This document shows, piece after piece, positions 1 through 10,036 of a DNA stretch of 64,000 nucleotides (positions are counted from its first letter, which is position 1; each line of letters begins with the position of its first letter). Source of the DNA: Chlamydiales bacterium (lineage in GTDB: Bacteria; Chlamydiota; Chlamydiia; Chlamydiales; JBDQID01); contig JBLFWS010000001.1 of assembly GCA_047611865.1 (NCBI GenBank), positions 32,001 through 96,000 on the forward strand. The letters run 5' to 3'. The position numbers and the translations under genes are program-made. Under the pieces are notes generated by a model that had not been told where the DNA came from, did no database searches, and saw only the letters and a list, made by a program, of their open reading frames with translations.

Positions 1-549
1 TTCATATTCAACCTGGATGTAACACTCATCTCTCTCCTGGAAGCGATGGAAAAAACGATCATTCGCATACAATGCTTTCACGACCTCCCCACATTTCCCA
101 GCAGGCATTACAACTTCACCCTGCGTCTGCTGCATTTGGGCATCTCTGATCCCCCGACTGAAGCAAGAAGCTCCTTCTGATAACGTGATTGAATAACCCT
201 GATTTTGAATGATTGACCTGAGTATCTCTTTATAGGGTCTTTGGATGTGTATTATACGTACATCTTCTTCTACAGATTTATATATCTCTGCAAAATCATC
301 CTCTTCATAAGCTTGAGGATCCAAAAGGAGCTTAGCACCCACTACATCTGCGTCTATTCGAGACTTTTCAAAATAACGATATAAACTAGAATCCCCATTC
401 TTTATATTTTCACGATAAGCAAATTTAGGAGAATCCGAAAGCCATCGAAGTTCTAATGCACATTCAACACCGGGAACTCTCCCCAGTATTTCCTGTAACC
501 AAGTTGCTCCACAACGCACATTCGAAACTATGAGAAACTTTGTATCCAA
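1..549 (-). CDS. Sulfotransferase-family protein, runs off the left edge (not in ORF track)
   Basis: Manual translation from TTG at 549 after an AGGAGA RBS: MDTKFLIVSNVRCGATWLQEILG (5'-PSB-like loop), VVGAKLL, RIIHIQRPYKEILRS (3'-PB-like). No stop in the part translated (549 to 181). Confidence 0.65.
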   Translation of the reverse strand, partial: MDTKFLIVSNVRCGATWLQEILGRVPGVECALELRWLSDSPKFAYRENIKNGDSSLYRYFEKSRIDADVVGAKLLLDPQAYEEDDFAEIYKSVEEDVRIIHIQRPYKEILRSIIQNQGYSITLSEGASCFSRGIRDAQMQQTQGEVVMPAGKCGEVVKALYANDRFFHRFQERDECYIQVEYE

Positions 550-650
550 TTGCGATATCTCCTATATCGTAGACTATCGCTCGGATGATGACAGATCCCC
601 TTCTACAGGGTCAATTTATTTTTTCAAGAAACCTGGAGATAGAATTTAAA

Positions 651-1715
651 TTAACACATTTTGAGCATACATCTACCTGTAACTTCACCGGCTTTCATTT
701 GACGAATAGCAAGATTGATATCGTTGAAATCAAAATGGTGAGTAATTAAGCCATCCAGTTGTAATTTCCCGGCATTAACAAGATTTATATAACGAGGTAT
801 GTCTTTTTCTGGTTTTGCCTCTCCACCATGTGATCCAGAGAGTATTTTCCCAAAATGTACTGGAAGTGTGTAAAGAGAAGCTTTCTGACCATGCTTTGGT
901 ACTCCCACAAGAATTGTACGACCTTGAGGTTTTGTCAACTCATATGCCATTTCAATCAAGTCCACATTACCTGTATTTTCTACTATAACATCCGCCCCAT
1001 CAGAACCGAGGATATTCATTATTTCCTTTTTGACATCGGTATTTTTGGCGTTCAATGTGTGTGTAGCTCCAAAACTTCTAGCTAATTCAAGTTTCTTATC
1101 ATACAGATCCACCGCAATAATTGGATGAGCTGAAACCATAGAGGCCCCTTGAATAACATTAAGACCGACACCTCCAGCCCCTAATGCAACAATGGATTCT
1201 CCGATTTTAACTTGCGCATCATTCGTAATAACTCCCAAGCCTGTTAACACTGCACAACCCAACAGAGCTGCATGTTGAGAGTCAAAATCCTTAGGTATAG
1301 AAGTAAGTCGATTTTCAGATATTACAGCGTACTCATTAAAAGAAGTGATGGCACCAGCATTTAAACATCTCCCCTTCCATTTATACTTAGGCATCTGCGC
1401 ATCAATCCCACTGCCTTTCTTCCAGTGTAAGACTACATGATCTCCCTTCATAACGGTTTGAACTCCAGGACCAATTTCAAGTACCTCTCCAGAACCTTCG
1501 TGCCCAAGAAGGTGAGGTAAGTATTTATCTTCTCCTTTTGCTCCGTCTATTTCCCCAATCTGCGATCCACAAATACTGCTATAAAGAACTTTGACCAATA
1601 CTTGCCCATAAGTTAATGTCGAAGGTAACTGAATAGTATCAACTACAAGATCCTGATGTAATTCTGCCAAAATAGCAGCTTTCATCTCTTTGATGATAAT
1701 TTGCTTATTTGACAT
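651..1715 (-). CDS. Zn-binding (MDR) alcohol dehydrogenase
   Basis: ICGSQ, LGHEGSG, GCAVLTG and Rossmann GAGGVG motifs; the structural-Zn Cys loop is absent. Confidence 0.85.
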   Translation of the reverse strand: MSNKQIIIKEMKAAILAELHQDLVVDTIQLPSTLTYGQVLVKVLYSSICGSQIGEIDGAKGEDKYLPHLLGHEGSGEVLEIGPGVQTVMKGDHVVLHWKKGSGIDAQMPKYKWKGRCLNAGAITSFNEYAVISENRLTSIPKDFDSQHAALLGCAVLTGLGVITNDAQVKIGESIVALGAGGVGLNVIQGASMVSAHPIIAVDLYDKKLELARSFGATHTLNAKNTDVKKEIMNILGSDGADVIVENTGNVDLIEMAYELTKPQGRTILVGVPKHGQKASLYTLPVHFGKILSGSHGGEAKPEKDIPRYINLVNAGKLQLDGLITHHFDFNDINLAIRQMKAGEVTGRCMLKMC

Positions 1716-2817
1716 AACTGTCCTTACCTAGAATATTCAGATCGCTCTGAATGGCGTTAAAAAGAAGCCGGGACTTTGCTAACTGCTCCCTTTTCCGAAC
1801 CTTATCAGCCACTTTCCCTTGTGCAAAACGACGGCGGGATTCTCCTTCTGGGAGAAAATCATTTAGTACAATAGTGCACCACTTAAGCCTGTAAACAGGA
1901 AGTAAAAGCCTGGCTCTTTGAAGAAGCTTTTCTTTTGTATCAGGAAAGCAGTCTGCTATTGCAGTAGAGAACTTTTTATAATACTTTTCCGACACTGGAA
2001 CACTTACTTGACAGAAAAAATCACAAATCGTCTTTGCTGGGTCATCCCATCCCGCATATTCAAAATCAAAAAACTTTATCTCGTCATCTGCGGTTAAAAG
2101 AGCATTATGAAATCCAAAGTCCGAAGGCGAAAGGCACCATTCTGAAGTCTCCAATTTCCGGTCTAAGTCTATTTCACAAACCCCCGCAGCTTTTTGTACC
2201 CTTTGCTTAATGACCTCCCATAAATTAGGAATCTCCTTTCGCAAGTGAATAGATACCTCTGATTTCGAGTCACGCTCGTCCACACTTTGTAACCTTTCCA
2301 CACGCTTATCTACACAATGAAAATGCTCATTCATAGTAAAACATGCCTCTGCTGCCCTAGAGAGATGTTGCCCATTTTGAAAAACTCCACCAAAGTTGAG
2401 ATCTTTAAAAAACTTTATGGCTTCATCAATTGCATAATCATTTACTTGTTCTTCCTTAAAAGGACGACCATCCACAAACTCGTATATACAAATATCTCGC
2501 TTAGTATCTTGATCGATCGGTCGAGGAATACTCCGTATTCCTCGATCCCAAGCAAATTGAGCAAAAGAAAACTCTGAGAATTGCCGGTTTCGAGAATCAC
2601 TCGCATGTTTATAGAAGCGTTTGATAATTACATTATCTTCCTTACCCTCTACTTTAAACAGCTTGTTATTTTTCCCTCCATCGATACCAATCAATCGATA
2701 TTCATCCGATTGTGACCAACCTGCTCTCACAAGAAGGTCATCTACATCTTTCTGAAATGAGTTATGCTTTTTCATGTTTTTAATAGCCGAAAGAGGCTCT
2801 CCTGAATGTCTTGCCAC
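1705..2817 (-). CDS. APH/choline-kinase-like phosphotransferase
   Basis: GGKNNKLF, SPSDFGFHN and FFDFEYAGWDDP kinase motifs; start may be the downstream ATG of MKKHNSF. Confidence 0.75.
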   Translation of the reverse strand: MARHSGEPLSAIKNMKKHNSFQKDVDDLLVRAGWSQSDEYRLIGIDGGKNNKLFKVEGKEDNVIIKRFYKHASDSRNRQFSEFSFAQFAWDRGIRSIPRPIDQDTKRDICIYEFVDGRPFKEEQVNDYAIDEAIKFFKDLNFGGVFQNGQHLSRAAEACFTMNEHFHCVDKRVERLQSVDERDSKSEVSIHLRKEIPNLWEVIKQRVQKAAGVCEIDLDRKLETSEWCLSPSDFGFHNALLTADDEIKFFDFEYAGWDDPAKTICDFFCQVSVPVSEKYYKKFSTAIADCFPDTKEKLLQRARLLLPVYRLKWCTIVLNDFLPEGESRRRFAQGKVADKVRKREQLAKSRLLFNAIQSDLNILGKDSYVK

Positions 2818-3389
2818 GACGATAGTCGCTGGAACCTTTCGTCAGTAACCCTGGGATCTCCTGGGACAAAATTAATACGTTCCACGCCCTCTGGAAAACT
2901 CGGGTCACCTAAAAACTCGGGAAGATCGTCTATAAAATGAGTGCATTGTAAAGTCTTAATACGCTCTATTTTTTTTTCTTTCGTAAGTTCAAAATATACT
3001 TTATTTTGGGTAAGGCCAATACCTTTTGGATCATAAAATCCTTGTACTCCTAACCATTCTTCCGCTGCCTGATGAAGGTCATATTGTTTACCTAGATAAG
3101 GACGCTGGGTCCTGTGACTGACAATATATACCTCTATATCTCTGTTGTGGCATTCTCGGAAAAAATTTACAACCCCAGGAAAAGGCTTAGCTTCAACCAT
3201 CCTTTTACCATAAATATATCCTTGCATCTCTGTCCAAGTATCTTCTTTATTTCTTTCTCTTAAGAAATCTCGGACCTCTGATTTACAAGCTGGAAATGAT
3301 GGTGGAATTAGGTTTTGCTCCAATGCCACTGTGTGAAAAAGTTGATCGTAGCAGACAATCGTATTGTCGAAGTCGACACCAATTAACAT
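2772..3389 (-). CDS. HAD-superfamily hydrolase/phosphatase
   Basis: N-terminal DFDNT (DxDxT), IVSHRT and FIDD motifs. Confidence 0.75.
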   Translation of the reverse strand: MLIGVDFDNTIVCYDQLFHTVALEQNLIPPSFPACKSEVRDFLRERNKEDTWTEMQGYIYGKRMVEAKPFPGVVNFFRECHNRDIEVYIVSHRTQRPYLGKQYDLHQAAEEWLGVQGFYDPKGIGLTQNKVYFELTKEKKIERIKTLQCTHFIDDLPEFLGDPSFPEGVERINFVPGDPRVTDERFQRLSSWQDIQESLFRLLKT

Positions 3390-4333
3390 GGTATGTGTTT
3401 CCTTGCGTTATCAATCTGATACAGGTTAAGTATTTTCTGTAAAATATCTTCAACAGAAAGAGAAAAGTACTTCCTGGCATAATTTTGTCCTCCCGCATGG
3501 TGACAAAATTCATCCCTTGTTCCCAGCCGGAGTAACCTCGCTTTTCTTACTGGTTGATCTACAAGCCATTCCGCTACTGCAGAACCAAAGCCTCCGATGA
3601 GACTATGTTCTTCTAGAGTCACAACCAGAGGGTATTGTTCAAAAACTTCCGTTAGAATCTCAATGTCAAGCGGCTTTACAGTGTGGCAACTTAAGACCCT
3701 CGTAGAAATCCCTCCCGCAGCCAGCCTATCTCCTACTTCGGCTGCTAAAGGTAAAATATTTCCTGTTGCTAGAAGACAGACGTCATCCCCCTCACGAATA
3801 CTTATCGCCTTTCCTAAAGTAAACTCTACATTCTGCTTATGAATAAGAGGCTCCCCTTTTTTCCCCAAGCGAATGTACACCGGCCCCTTTAACTTCAAAG
3901 CTTCTCTAAGAGAATGACGAACCTCTATTGCATCCCCAGGACAAATCACTGTCATATTTGGCAAAGCCCGCATTAGAGCAATATCTTCACAGGAATGATG
4001 TGTGGCTCCAAGCCCTGCATAAGACAATCCAGCTCCAACTCCAACAATGACTGCTGGCAAGTTATGATAACACAGATCTACACGAATCTGCTCAAGACAG
4101 CGAGTCGTAGCAAATGGCGTTATCGTATAGGTTATGGGGTGTAAGCCAGAAAGAGCCATTCCTGCAGCGACACCTGTCATATTAGCTTCCGCAACTCCAC
4201 AGTTGTAGAAGCGATTGGGGAATTTTTTTTTGTAGTCATCAAAAAGTCTGTTACCAATATCTCCAGACAATAAAACGACCTTATCATTTTCTGAAGCAAT
4301 TGCAGTAAGCTCTGAGGCAAATGAATTTCTCAT
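3383..4333 (-). CDS. Transketolase, C-terminal (pyrimidine-binding) subunit
   Basis: NCGVAEANM, GATHHSCEDI, YIRLGK, EEHSLIGGFGS. Confidence 0.9.
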   Translation of the reverse strand: MRNSFASELTAIASENDKVVLLSGDIGNRLFDDYKKKFPNRFYNCGVAEANMTGVAAGMALSGLHPITYTITPFATTRCLEQIRVDLCYHNLPAVIVGVGAGLSYAGLGATHHSCEDIALMRALPNMTVICPGDAIEVRHSLREALKLKGPVYIRLGKKGEPLIHKQNVEFTLGKAISIREGDDVCLLATGNILPLAAEVGDRLAAGGISTRVLSCHTVKPLDIEILTEVFEQYPLVVTLEEHSLIGGFGSAVAEWLVDQPVRKARLLRLGTRDEFCHHAGGQNYARKYFSLSVEDILQKILNLYQIDNARKHIPC

Positions 4334-4335
4334 AT

Positions 4336-5178
4336 TTACACCAATCCCAGCTCTTTACGAGCAGCAATAATTTCATCCTCATTCGGAATACGATAGTGCC
4401 AATTATTATCGTCCTCCATAAAAGATACCCCTTTGCCTTTGATCGTGTGAGCTATTATAGCTGTCGGCTTCCCTTTCTCTATCGCATGAGGGTTTACAGC
4501 CTTAAGGATCTCTTCTATGCTATGCCCATCAACTTCCCTGGTACTCCAGCCAAATGCTTCCCATTTGTCCTTTAGAGGGTCCAATGCTAAAGTAGCATTA
4601 CTACGACCCGTTGCTTGCCATTTATTGTAGTCGACGATTGCAGTAATATTATCAAGATTATGTGCAGGAGCCATCATTGCAGCCTCCCAACTAGAGCCTT
4701 CGTTGCACTCACCATCGCTCATCACAACAAATACTTTAGTTTTTCTATTAAGAATTTTTGCAGCCATCGCTTTGCCGACACCAATAGACAATCCATGACC
4801 TAAGGAACCTGTTGCGGCCTCTATTCCTGGAACACAATAAGGCCCAGGATGCTCTGCAAGGGAACTTCCTGGTTTATTATACGTTGCGAGTATTTCTTCT
4901 GAAAAAAAGCCCCTTTCGCAAAGTGTCACGTATAATGCCAACGCTGCATGACCTTTGCTAAGGATGAGTCTGTCACGTTCAGGGGAATTTGGCTTCTTGG
5001 GGTCAATCTGAAGAACCCTCCAATACAAAGCTACAAGGATATCAATACATGATAACGAAGAACCCAGGTGGGGTGTTTTTGCCAAATGAGACATCTCAAT
5101 CGTCTTATACCTTACCTGTCTACAGATCTGATCAAGTTCCTTAATTCTTTCCTCTTTCATTGGTACCAAGCCCCACAT
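4336..5178 (-). CDS. Transketolase, N-terminal (ThDP-binding) subunit
   Basis: HLGSSLS, LSKGHA, TGSLGHGL, SDGECNEG; start may be the ATG at 5160. Confidence 0.9.
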   Translation of the reverse strand: MWGLVPMKEERIKELDQICRQVRYKTIEMSHLAKTPHLGSSLSCIDILVALYWRVLQIDPKKPNSPERDRLILSKGHAALALYVTLCERGFFSEEILATYNKPGSSLAEHPGPYCVPGIEAATGSLGHGLSIGVGKAMAAKILNRKTKVFVVMSDGECNEGSSWEAAMMAPAHNLDNITAIVDYNKWQATGRSNATLALDPLKDKWEAFGWSTREVDGHSIEEILKAVNPHAIEKGKPTAIIAHTIKGKGVSFMEDDNNWHYRIPNEDEIIAARKELGLV

Positions 5179-5193
5179 TTTCCCACATAGAAG

Positions 5194-5360
5194 TAGGTCG
5201 TGTATTAAAATTACGAAACACTGCTTTTGGAGCCTTTATCCACACTTTTGAATCGCACCCAACTCACCTACTTGTCTAAGTATGGAGAGTTGTGAGCGAT
5301 CCAAAATTATAAAAAAATGCCCTCAAAATCAGACATTCCCTAATTTTAATACACGACCTA
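5194..5360. mobile_element. MITE-like element, copy 1 (167 bp)
   Basis: Perfect 20-bp terminal inverted repeats TAGGTCGTGTATTAAAATTA (5194-5213) and TAATTTTAATACACGACCTA (5341-5360); a diverged copy lies at 60276-60399. Confidence 0.8.
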
Positions 5361-5427
5361 GACCTTACATGCTATTGTCTAAATAGTTTTTTTTCAAGTC
5401 GGGGCTCTAGTTTTAAAATATCTAGAA

Positions 5428-6084
5428 TCACTCTGCGATAAACCATCCGTAGTCTCCGGTATAACCCACTACTCCAAAAAGCTTTTCCCAATCATCAACA
5501 TGTAATGCTGTTTCGGCTGTTAGCACCCACTTTCTCAGGTTTTCTTTCTCTTGATCATTTCTCCAAGCATCAACTGTAATATAACTTTTTCCACGTGAAA
5601 CGCGTTGAATTTCCTTCAAAGCATCCTTCAAAGGCTCAAGGTGCAGGTTATGAATTGTGGTCAAAGAAAGTACTAAATCAAAGCTATTATCCGCATACGG
5701 TAGTTTTTCTGCGCTGCACACTTCTAAGTGAGGCTTGACAGTTTCCATTGAACAATCAATGGCATATCGACTTACATCTATTCCTCTTACCGTACTTTTA
5801 GGCATACATTGTTTGAAGTCATGAAGAAGAAATCCTTTTGCACAACCGATATCGAGTATAGCCGCATCCTCGCTCAAGCCGTAATGCTCCTTCATCCGTT
5901 CAACCACCTGCACCCATCTGCCGTCGTAATGATAGCCTCCATAGCCATACAGACGGTCCCCATCAAAGAATTCTTTTCCGTATTGTTTTGCAACTTTGAT
6001 GACCTCATCCGTTTTTTCTCTTGCTCTTTTGTCATAGTCACGTTTTACAGCTGCTTGTTTATCAGCAAAATTTAATTCAGCCAT
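5428..6084 (-). CDS. Class I SAM-dependent methyltransferase
   Basis: ILDIGCAKGFL and LPYADNSFDLV; start moved to ATG 6084 behind a GAGGAG RBS (ORF track gives 6159). Confidence 0.85.
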   Translation of the reverse strand: MAELNFADKQAAVKRDYDKRAREKTDEVIKVAKQYGKEFFDGDRLYGYGGYHYDGRWVQVVERMKEHYGLSEDAAILDIGCAKGFLLHDFKQCMPKSTVRGIDVSRYAIDCSMETVKPHLEVCSAEKLPYADNSFDLVLSLTTIHNLHLEPLKDALKEIQRVSRGKSYITVDAWRNDQEKENLRKWVLTAETALHVDDWEKLFGVVGYTGDYGWFIAE

Positions 6085-6212
6085 CATCTCCTCATAATTT
6101 AATTTAGTATAGTCAACTATAAAAGCAGGTAAGATCGAACAAAGCTTCGATTTCTCCACTGAAAGACCAGAATCGGCGTTGTTGCATAACTTAATACGTT
6201 TACAATCATTTA

Positions 6213-6336
6213 TTTAACCACCGAGAGCACAGAGAGATAGAAAAATGCATAAAGTCTCTCAGAATATGCTATCAACTCATCTGTGATTTTTTATTCTCTC
6301 TGTGCCCTCTGTGCCCTCTGTGGTATCGGTGGTAAA
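6213..6336. repeat. REP-like inverted repeat built from CTCTGTG(CC/GT) 9-mers
   Basis: ACCACCGAGAGCACAGAGAGA (6217-6237) pairs with three tandem 9-mers CTCTGTGCC/CTCTGTGCC/CTCTGTGGT (6298-6324). Confidence 0.7.
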
Positions 6337-6391
6337 ATGTTAATCATAAGCCTCTTGTATACGAATGTTTTATGCAACAACACCACTAGAA

Positions 6392-7309
6392 TCAATAAAC
6401 TTTTTTATCTAATAGCGAAGAGCAGAATTCTATTAGCATGCGCTCAATGCCTGGAGTCGATTTTTCCCCTAGGGCTCCAAGCATTTTTATGTTGCACAAG
6501 TTCAGCTTCTTTTCCCTTGGAATAGGCTGGCTATCAATACTCCCCTTTTTAACAAGTGAGCTATCATAGCCAAAAATTTCCGCTACTTTCAAAGCAAATT
6601 GATACTTCGTGAGAATCTCGGATCCTACAACGTGATAGATTCCACCTGCATTCTTTTCTATAAGAGCCAAAACAATCCTTACGAGTTCTTTTACGTATAG
6701 AGGAGCAAATACAACATCGGCAAATGCCGAATATTCCCTTCCCTGCTGTAAACTCTCAGCAATATTTTCAGCAAAACTCTTTTTCTGACTAAACAGATAT
6801 TTACCAAATGTATTAAAGCGTACAATCAAAGCGTCAGGGAGCATTCCGCTACAGCATTGCTCCCCTTTTAATTTTGTTCTTCCATACTGATTCAATGGAA
6901 AAGGCTCTTCTTTTTCAAGATAGTCTCCTCTTTTCCCATCAAATACGGCATCTGTTGAAAGATAGACCATTTTAGCCTGACACTCTTTTGCCAAATCTAC
7001 TAAATTACGAGTTCCCTGAACATTCACTTTGTATGAAAGCTCTGGTTTGCTTTCACAAAAAGCAATGTTCGCAATCGCAGCACAGTGAATAATTAGTTTT
7101 GGCTCAAGAGTACTTAAGCTAAGTATCGCCTCTCGATCTGTAATATCAACTTGCTTTACAATACAGTTTTGAAAACGACAAGGATGTGAATTATATAGTC
7201 CATAAAGACCCGTTCTTCCTTGATTTTCCAAGGCATGAACAAGATGAGCGCCAACCAATCCACTTGCACCCGTTACAATAATATTTCCCTGAAAACTATC
7301 TCTTTCCAC
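6392..7309 (-). CDS. RmlD-like NDP-4-keto-sugar reductase (SDR)
   Basis: TGASGLVG, STDAVFDG, YGRTK. Confidence 0.85.
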   Translation of the reverse strand: MERDSFQGNIIVTGASGLVGAHLVHALENQGRTGLYGLYNSHPCRFQNCIVKQVDITDREAILSLSTLEPKLIIHCAAIANIAFCESKPELSYKVNVQGTRNLVDLAKECQAKMVYLSTDAVFDGKRGDYLEKEEPFPLNQYGRTKLKGEQCCSGMLPDALIVRFNTFGKYLFSQKKSFAENIAESLQQGREYSAFADVVFAPLYVKELVRIVLALIEKNAGGIYHVVGSEILTKYQFALKVAEIFGYDSSLVKKGSIDSQPIPREKKLNLCNIKMLGALGEKSTPGIERMLIEFCSSLLDKKVY

Positions 7310-7964
7310 AAGCTAAAACCATTATGTAATGACACATTGGGTGAAAACCCGTGTGAACAACTTCATCATTCATTCCGAAGACAAATGCATTTTTAAAGTA
7401 TTTCAACAACAAGCTTTGCAACCGTTCTGCATCATATAGATTAATATGACCTCTTTTGCTCATTTCTGACGCATATTCCTGAGCTGTAATATTAGGCGTC
7501 CCTATCAGACAAAAACCGTCATCGTCGAGGTGGTCAACCATTGTTTGAACGAACATATCTTCTTCTTCTCTAGGAACATGTTCAATTACATCAAGGTTCA
7601 CTACAGCGTCGAATTTTCCTAAATTCATATCAAAAATATCACCATGGTGAAAGTTTAGATCGTATTTAGTTTTATTCTCGAGGTGCTCCTTCGCATAAGC
7701 AATTTGCTTCTCATCAAAATCAACACCTACAATTGAGTGTCCTTCTTCGGCTAGAATCAGAGCTCCTATTCCTTCTCCACATCCCATCTCCAATACTCTC
7801 GCCTTTTTTTTCGACTGAAGCATTTTAGATACAAATTTATAACGAGAAAAAACAAAGACCAAATGCCGAGGAGTTTCTAAAGCTTGATAGGCAAAACATG
7901 GTCCCAGCTCTAATTTTGGATCTCCAATATAGTCCACAACACTATCCCAATGCTTGTCACTCAT
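7296..7964 (-). CDS. Class I SAM-dependent methyltransferase
   Basis: VLEMGCGEG, DVIEHV, TPN. Confidence 0.85.
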   Translation of the reverse strand: MSDKHWDSVVDYIGDPKLELGPCFAYQALETPRHLVFVFSRYKFVSKMLQSKKKARVLEMGCGEGIGALILAEEGHSIVGVDFDEKQIAYAKEHLENKTKYDLNFHHGDIFDMNLGKFDAVVNLDVIEHVPREEEDMFVQTMVDHLDDDGFCLIGTPNITAQEYASEMSKRGHINLYDAERLQSLLLKYFKNAFVFGMNDEVVHTGFHPMCHYIMVLACGKR

Positions 7965-7976
7965 AATTTGTCTCCT

Positions 7977-8975
7977 CTAAGGCTTATGAATATATTCTAA
8001 GGGCTGCCTTTGAATTGATTTCCAATTTTTTTCAACCCAGCCAACCATCTCACCAACACCTTCCTCAATTCCAATCTTGGGCTTCCATCCAAGCTCCTGC
8101 CGAGCTTTAGAAGAATCAATCACATAAGCAGCATCTTGCCCTAGTCTTTCTTTTACAATACGCGTAGACGAGTTGAAATCATATCTCATTGCGGAACAAA
8201 TGTGTTTAACAAGCTCATTCACTTTAATTCCTTGATCGGGAGATAAGTGGTAGATTTCTCCTACTCTTCCATTCTCCATTATGGCTAATTCTCCAATAGA
8301 AACATCACGAATATGAATATAAGACTTTATAGCCTCTCCTCCTCCATGCAGCTCTATTTTCCGATCCGATTTCAAATATATCGCTGATCGTGGAATAATC
8401 TTAAATAGTTGTTGACGAACACCATAAACATTCGTAGCTCTCACAAAAGTCACAGGGAAATCAAAGTTTTTATAGTATGTTAAAAGAGAAAGGTCACCTC
8501 CAGCCTTTGATGCTGCATAGGGAGTACTAGGATTTAATGGTGCCTCTTCCTTAACGTTACCTGAGCAAGCCCCGTAGACTTCTGGTGAAGATATATGTAC
8601 ATACTTCTTTAAGTAGCTTTTACCTTTAAGCATATGAGTAAGCTTCGTTACAGCTACAACATTTGTTTGATACCAATGCTCTGGGTGCTCCCAACTTGGG
8701 GCAACCTCACTCTGCGCTGCAAAATTTACTATATATTCAGGTTCAAACTCATCCAAAAGACTAGATAATTTATCTATCTCATGATTTAAATCTATCTGAT
8801 GATACCGAAAGTCTTCGGAAGAACTAAGGCTTTCTGCCAGAAAAAGCTTATTTTTCATTGCAGATCGACTAACACCCAATACATTAAATCTTTCTTCCTT
8901 CAACAAAAGGTCTATAAAATCGATAGCAGAAAAACTATTACTTCCAATTACACAAACTCTATTTTTCCCTGTCAT
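7977..8975 (-). CDS. NDP-glucose 4,6-dehydratase-like SDR
   Basis: NFAAQSEV, SSPEVYG, YAASK, NVYG; atypical GSNSFS dinucleotide loop. Confidence 0.8.
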   Translation of the reverse strand: MTGKNRVCVIGSNSFSAIDFIDLLLKEERFNVLGVSRSAMKNKLFLAESLSSSEDFRYHQIDLNHEIDKLSSLLDEFEPEYIVNFAAQSEVAPSWEHPEHWYQTNVVAVTKLTHMLKGKSYLKKYVHISSPEVYGACSGNVKEEAPLNPSTPYAASKAGGDLSLLTYYKNFDFPVTFVRATNVYGVRQQLFKIIPRSAIYLKSDRKIELHGGGEAIKSYIHIRDVSIGELAIMENGRVGEIYHLSPDQGIKVNELVKHICSAMRYDFNSSTRIVKERLGQDAAYVIDSSKARQELGWKPKIGIEEGVGEMVGWVEKNWKSIQRQPLEYIHKP

Positions 8976-9011
8976 ATCACGACCTTAATAATTTCAAAGT
9001 TACAAAAACCT

Positions 9012-10007
9012 TTAAAGATTTAATTCCTGCATTGTTTTTATATTATAGTATTTTTTGTCCTCAAAAGCCTTCGGAACCCTTCCTTGATTGAATGCCTTAA
9101 GGAGTGATTCTATAGCATCACCGATACTGTATCTTGGACAAAACCCCAATTCTTCTTTAATTTTTGCGGATGAAATATGATAAGAACGCAAATCGTCAGT
9201 AGGGGTCGTCTCCGTAAGCACATCATCACCTACACGACTTTGAACCATTTCTGCAATTTCTTTTATCGAATGGTTTTCATACCCCGCATTATAAACCTTG
9301 CCGTCAATCAAACTTGAAGGAAGCTCAAGAGTCCTAACATAGAGGTCCGACATATCTTCAACATGAATGTTAGGACGAAGTTGCTCGCCACCAAAAACCT
9401 TAATTTTCCGCTTATTTACAGCATGATTTGTCAAAATATTCACTGTAAGATCCAGCCTCAACCTCGGAGCATACCCACACACTGTTGCTGGCCTAATGAT
9501 TAGTGTCGAGAACCCCGTTGTCTTTTTCTCCAATAAGACATCTTCACACATAGCCTTATACTTCGAATAATCCGTCAAAGGTTGCAAAGAGAGTTCTTCG
9601 GTAACATTGAGTTCTGATTTGATGCCATACACACTCGAAGAAGAAGCGTAAATAAAACGCGAGACACCGCTTTCTTTTGATATATCCACTAATGGACCAA
9701 AAGCGTCATAATTGATAGCACGTCCCAATTCTGGATTCAATTCAAAGCTTGGGTCGTTGGAAATACAGGCTAGATGGATTACCGCCTCACAACCCGGAAG
9801 TATATTCTGAAGCAAACCTTGATCTCGAATATCCCCATTTATTAATTCAAGTCTTTCATGACCCTTTACCTGATCAAGGGCTTCCACTCCAAAGAAAAAG
9901 AGATCTAAAACTTTGACTCGATACCCTTTATCCAAAAGTTTCGGAATCAATGCAGAACCTACATATCCCGCACCTCCCGTAACCAAAACTGATTTAATTG
10001 TATCCAT
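9012..10007 (-). CDS. NAD-dependent nucleotide-sugar epimerase/dehydratase
   Basis: TGGAGYVG, ASSSSVYG, YSKYK, RLRLDL. Confidence 0.85.
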   Translation of the reverse strand: MDTIKSVLVTGGAGYVGSALIPKLLDKGYRVKVLDLFFFGVEALDQVKGHERLELINGDIRDQGLLQNILPGCEAVIHLACISNDPSFELNPELGRAINYDAFGPLVDISKESGVSRFIYASSSSVYGIKSELNVTEELSLQPLTDYSKYKAMCEDVLLEKKTTGFSTLIIRPATVCGYAPRLRLDLTVNILTNHAVNKRKIKVFGGEQLRPNIHVEDMSDLYVRTLELPSSLIDGKVYNAGYENHSIKEIAEMVQSRVGDDVLTETTPTDDLRSYHISSAKIKEELGFCPRYSIGDAIESLLKAFNQGRVPKAFEDKKYYNIKTMQELNL

Positions 10008-10036
10008 TTCACAGGCCCTTCAAGCTACGTTTACCT

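Noticed and set aside
5236..5244. Perfect DnaA box TTATCCACA inside MITE copy 1
   Set aside because: Single, missing from copy 2 and far from the skew switch; compatible with chance.
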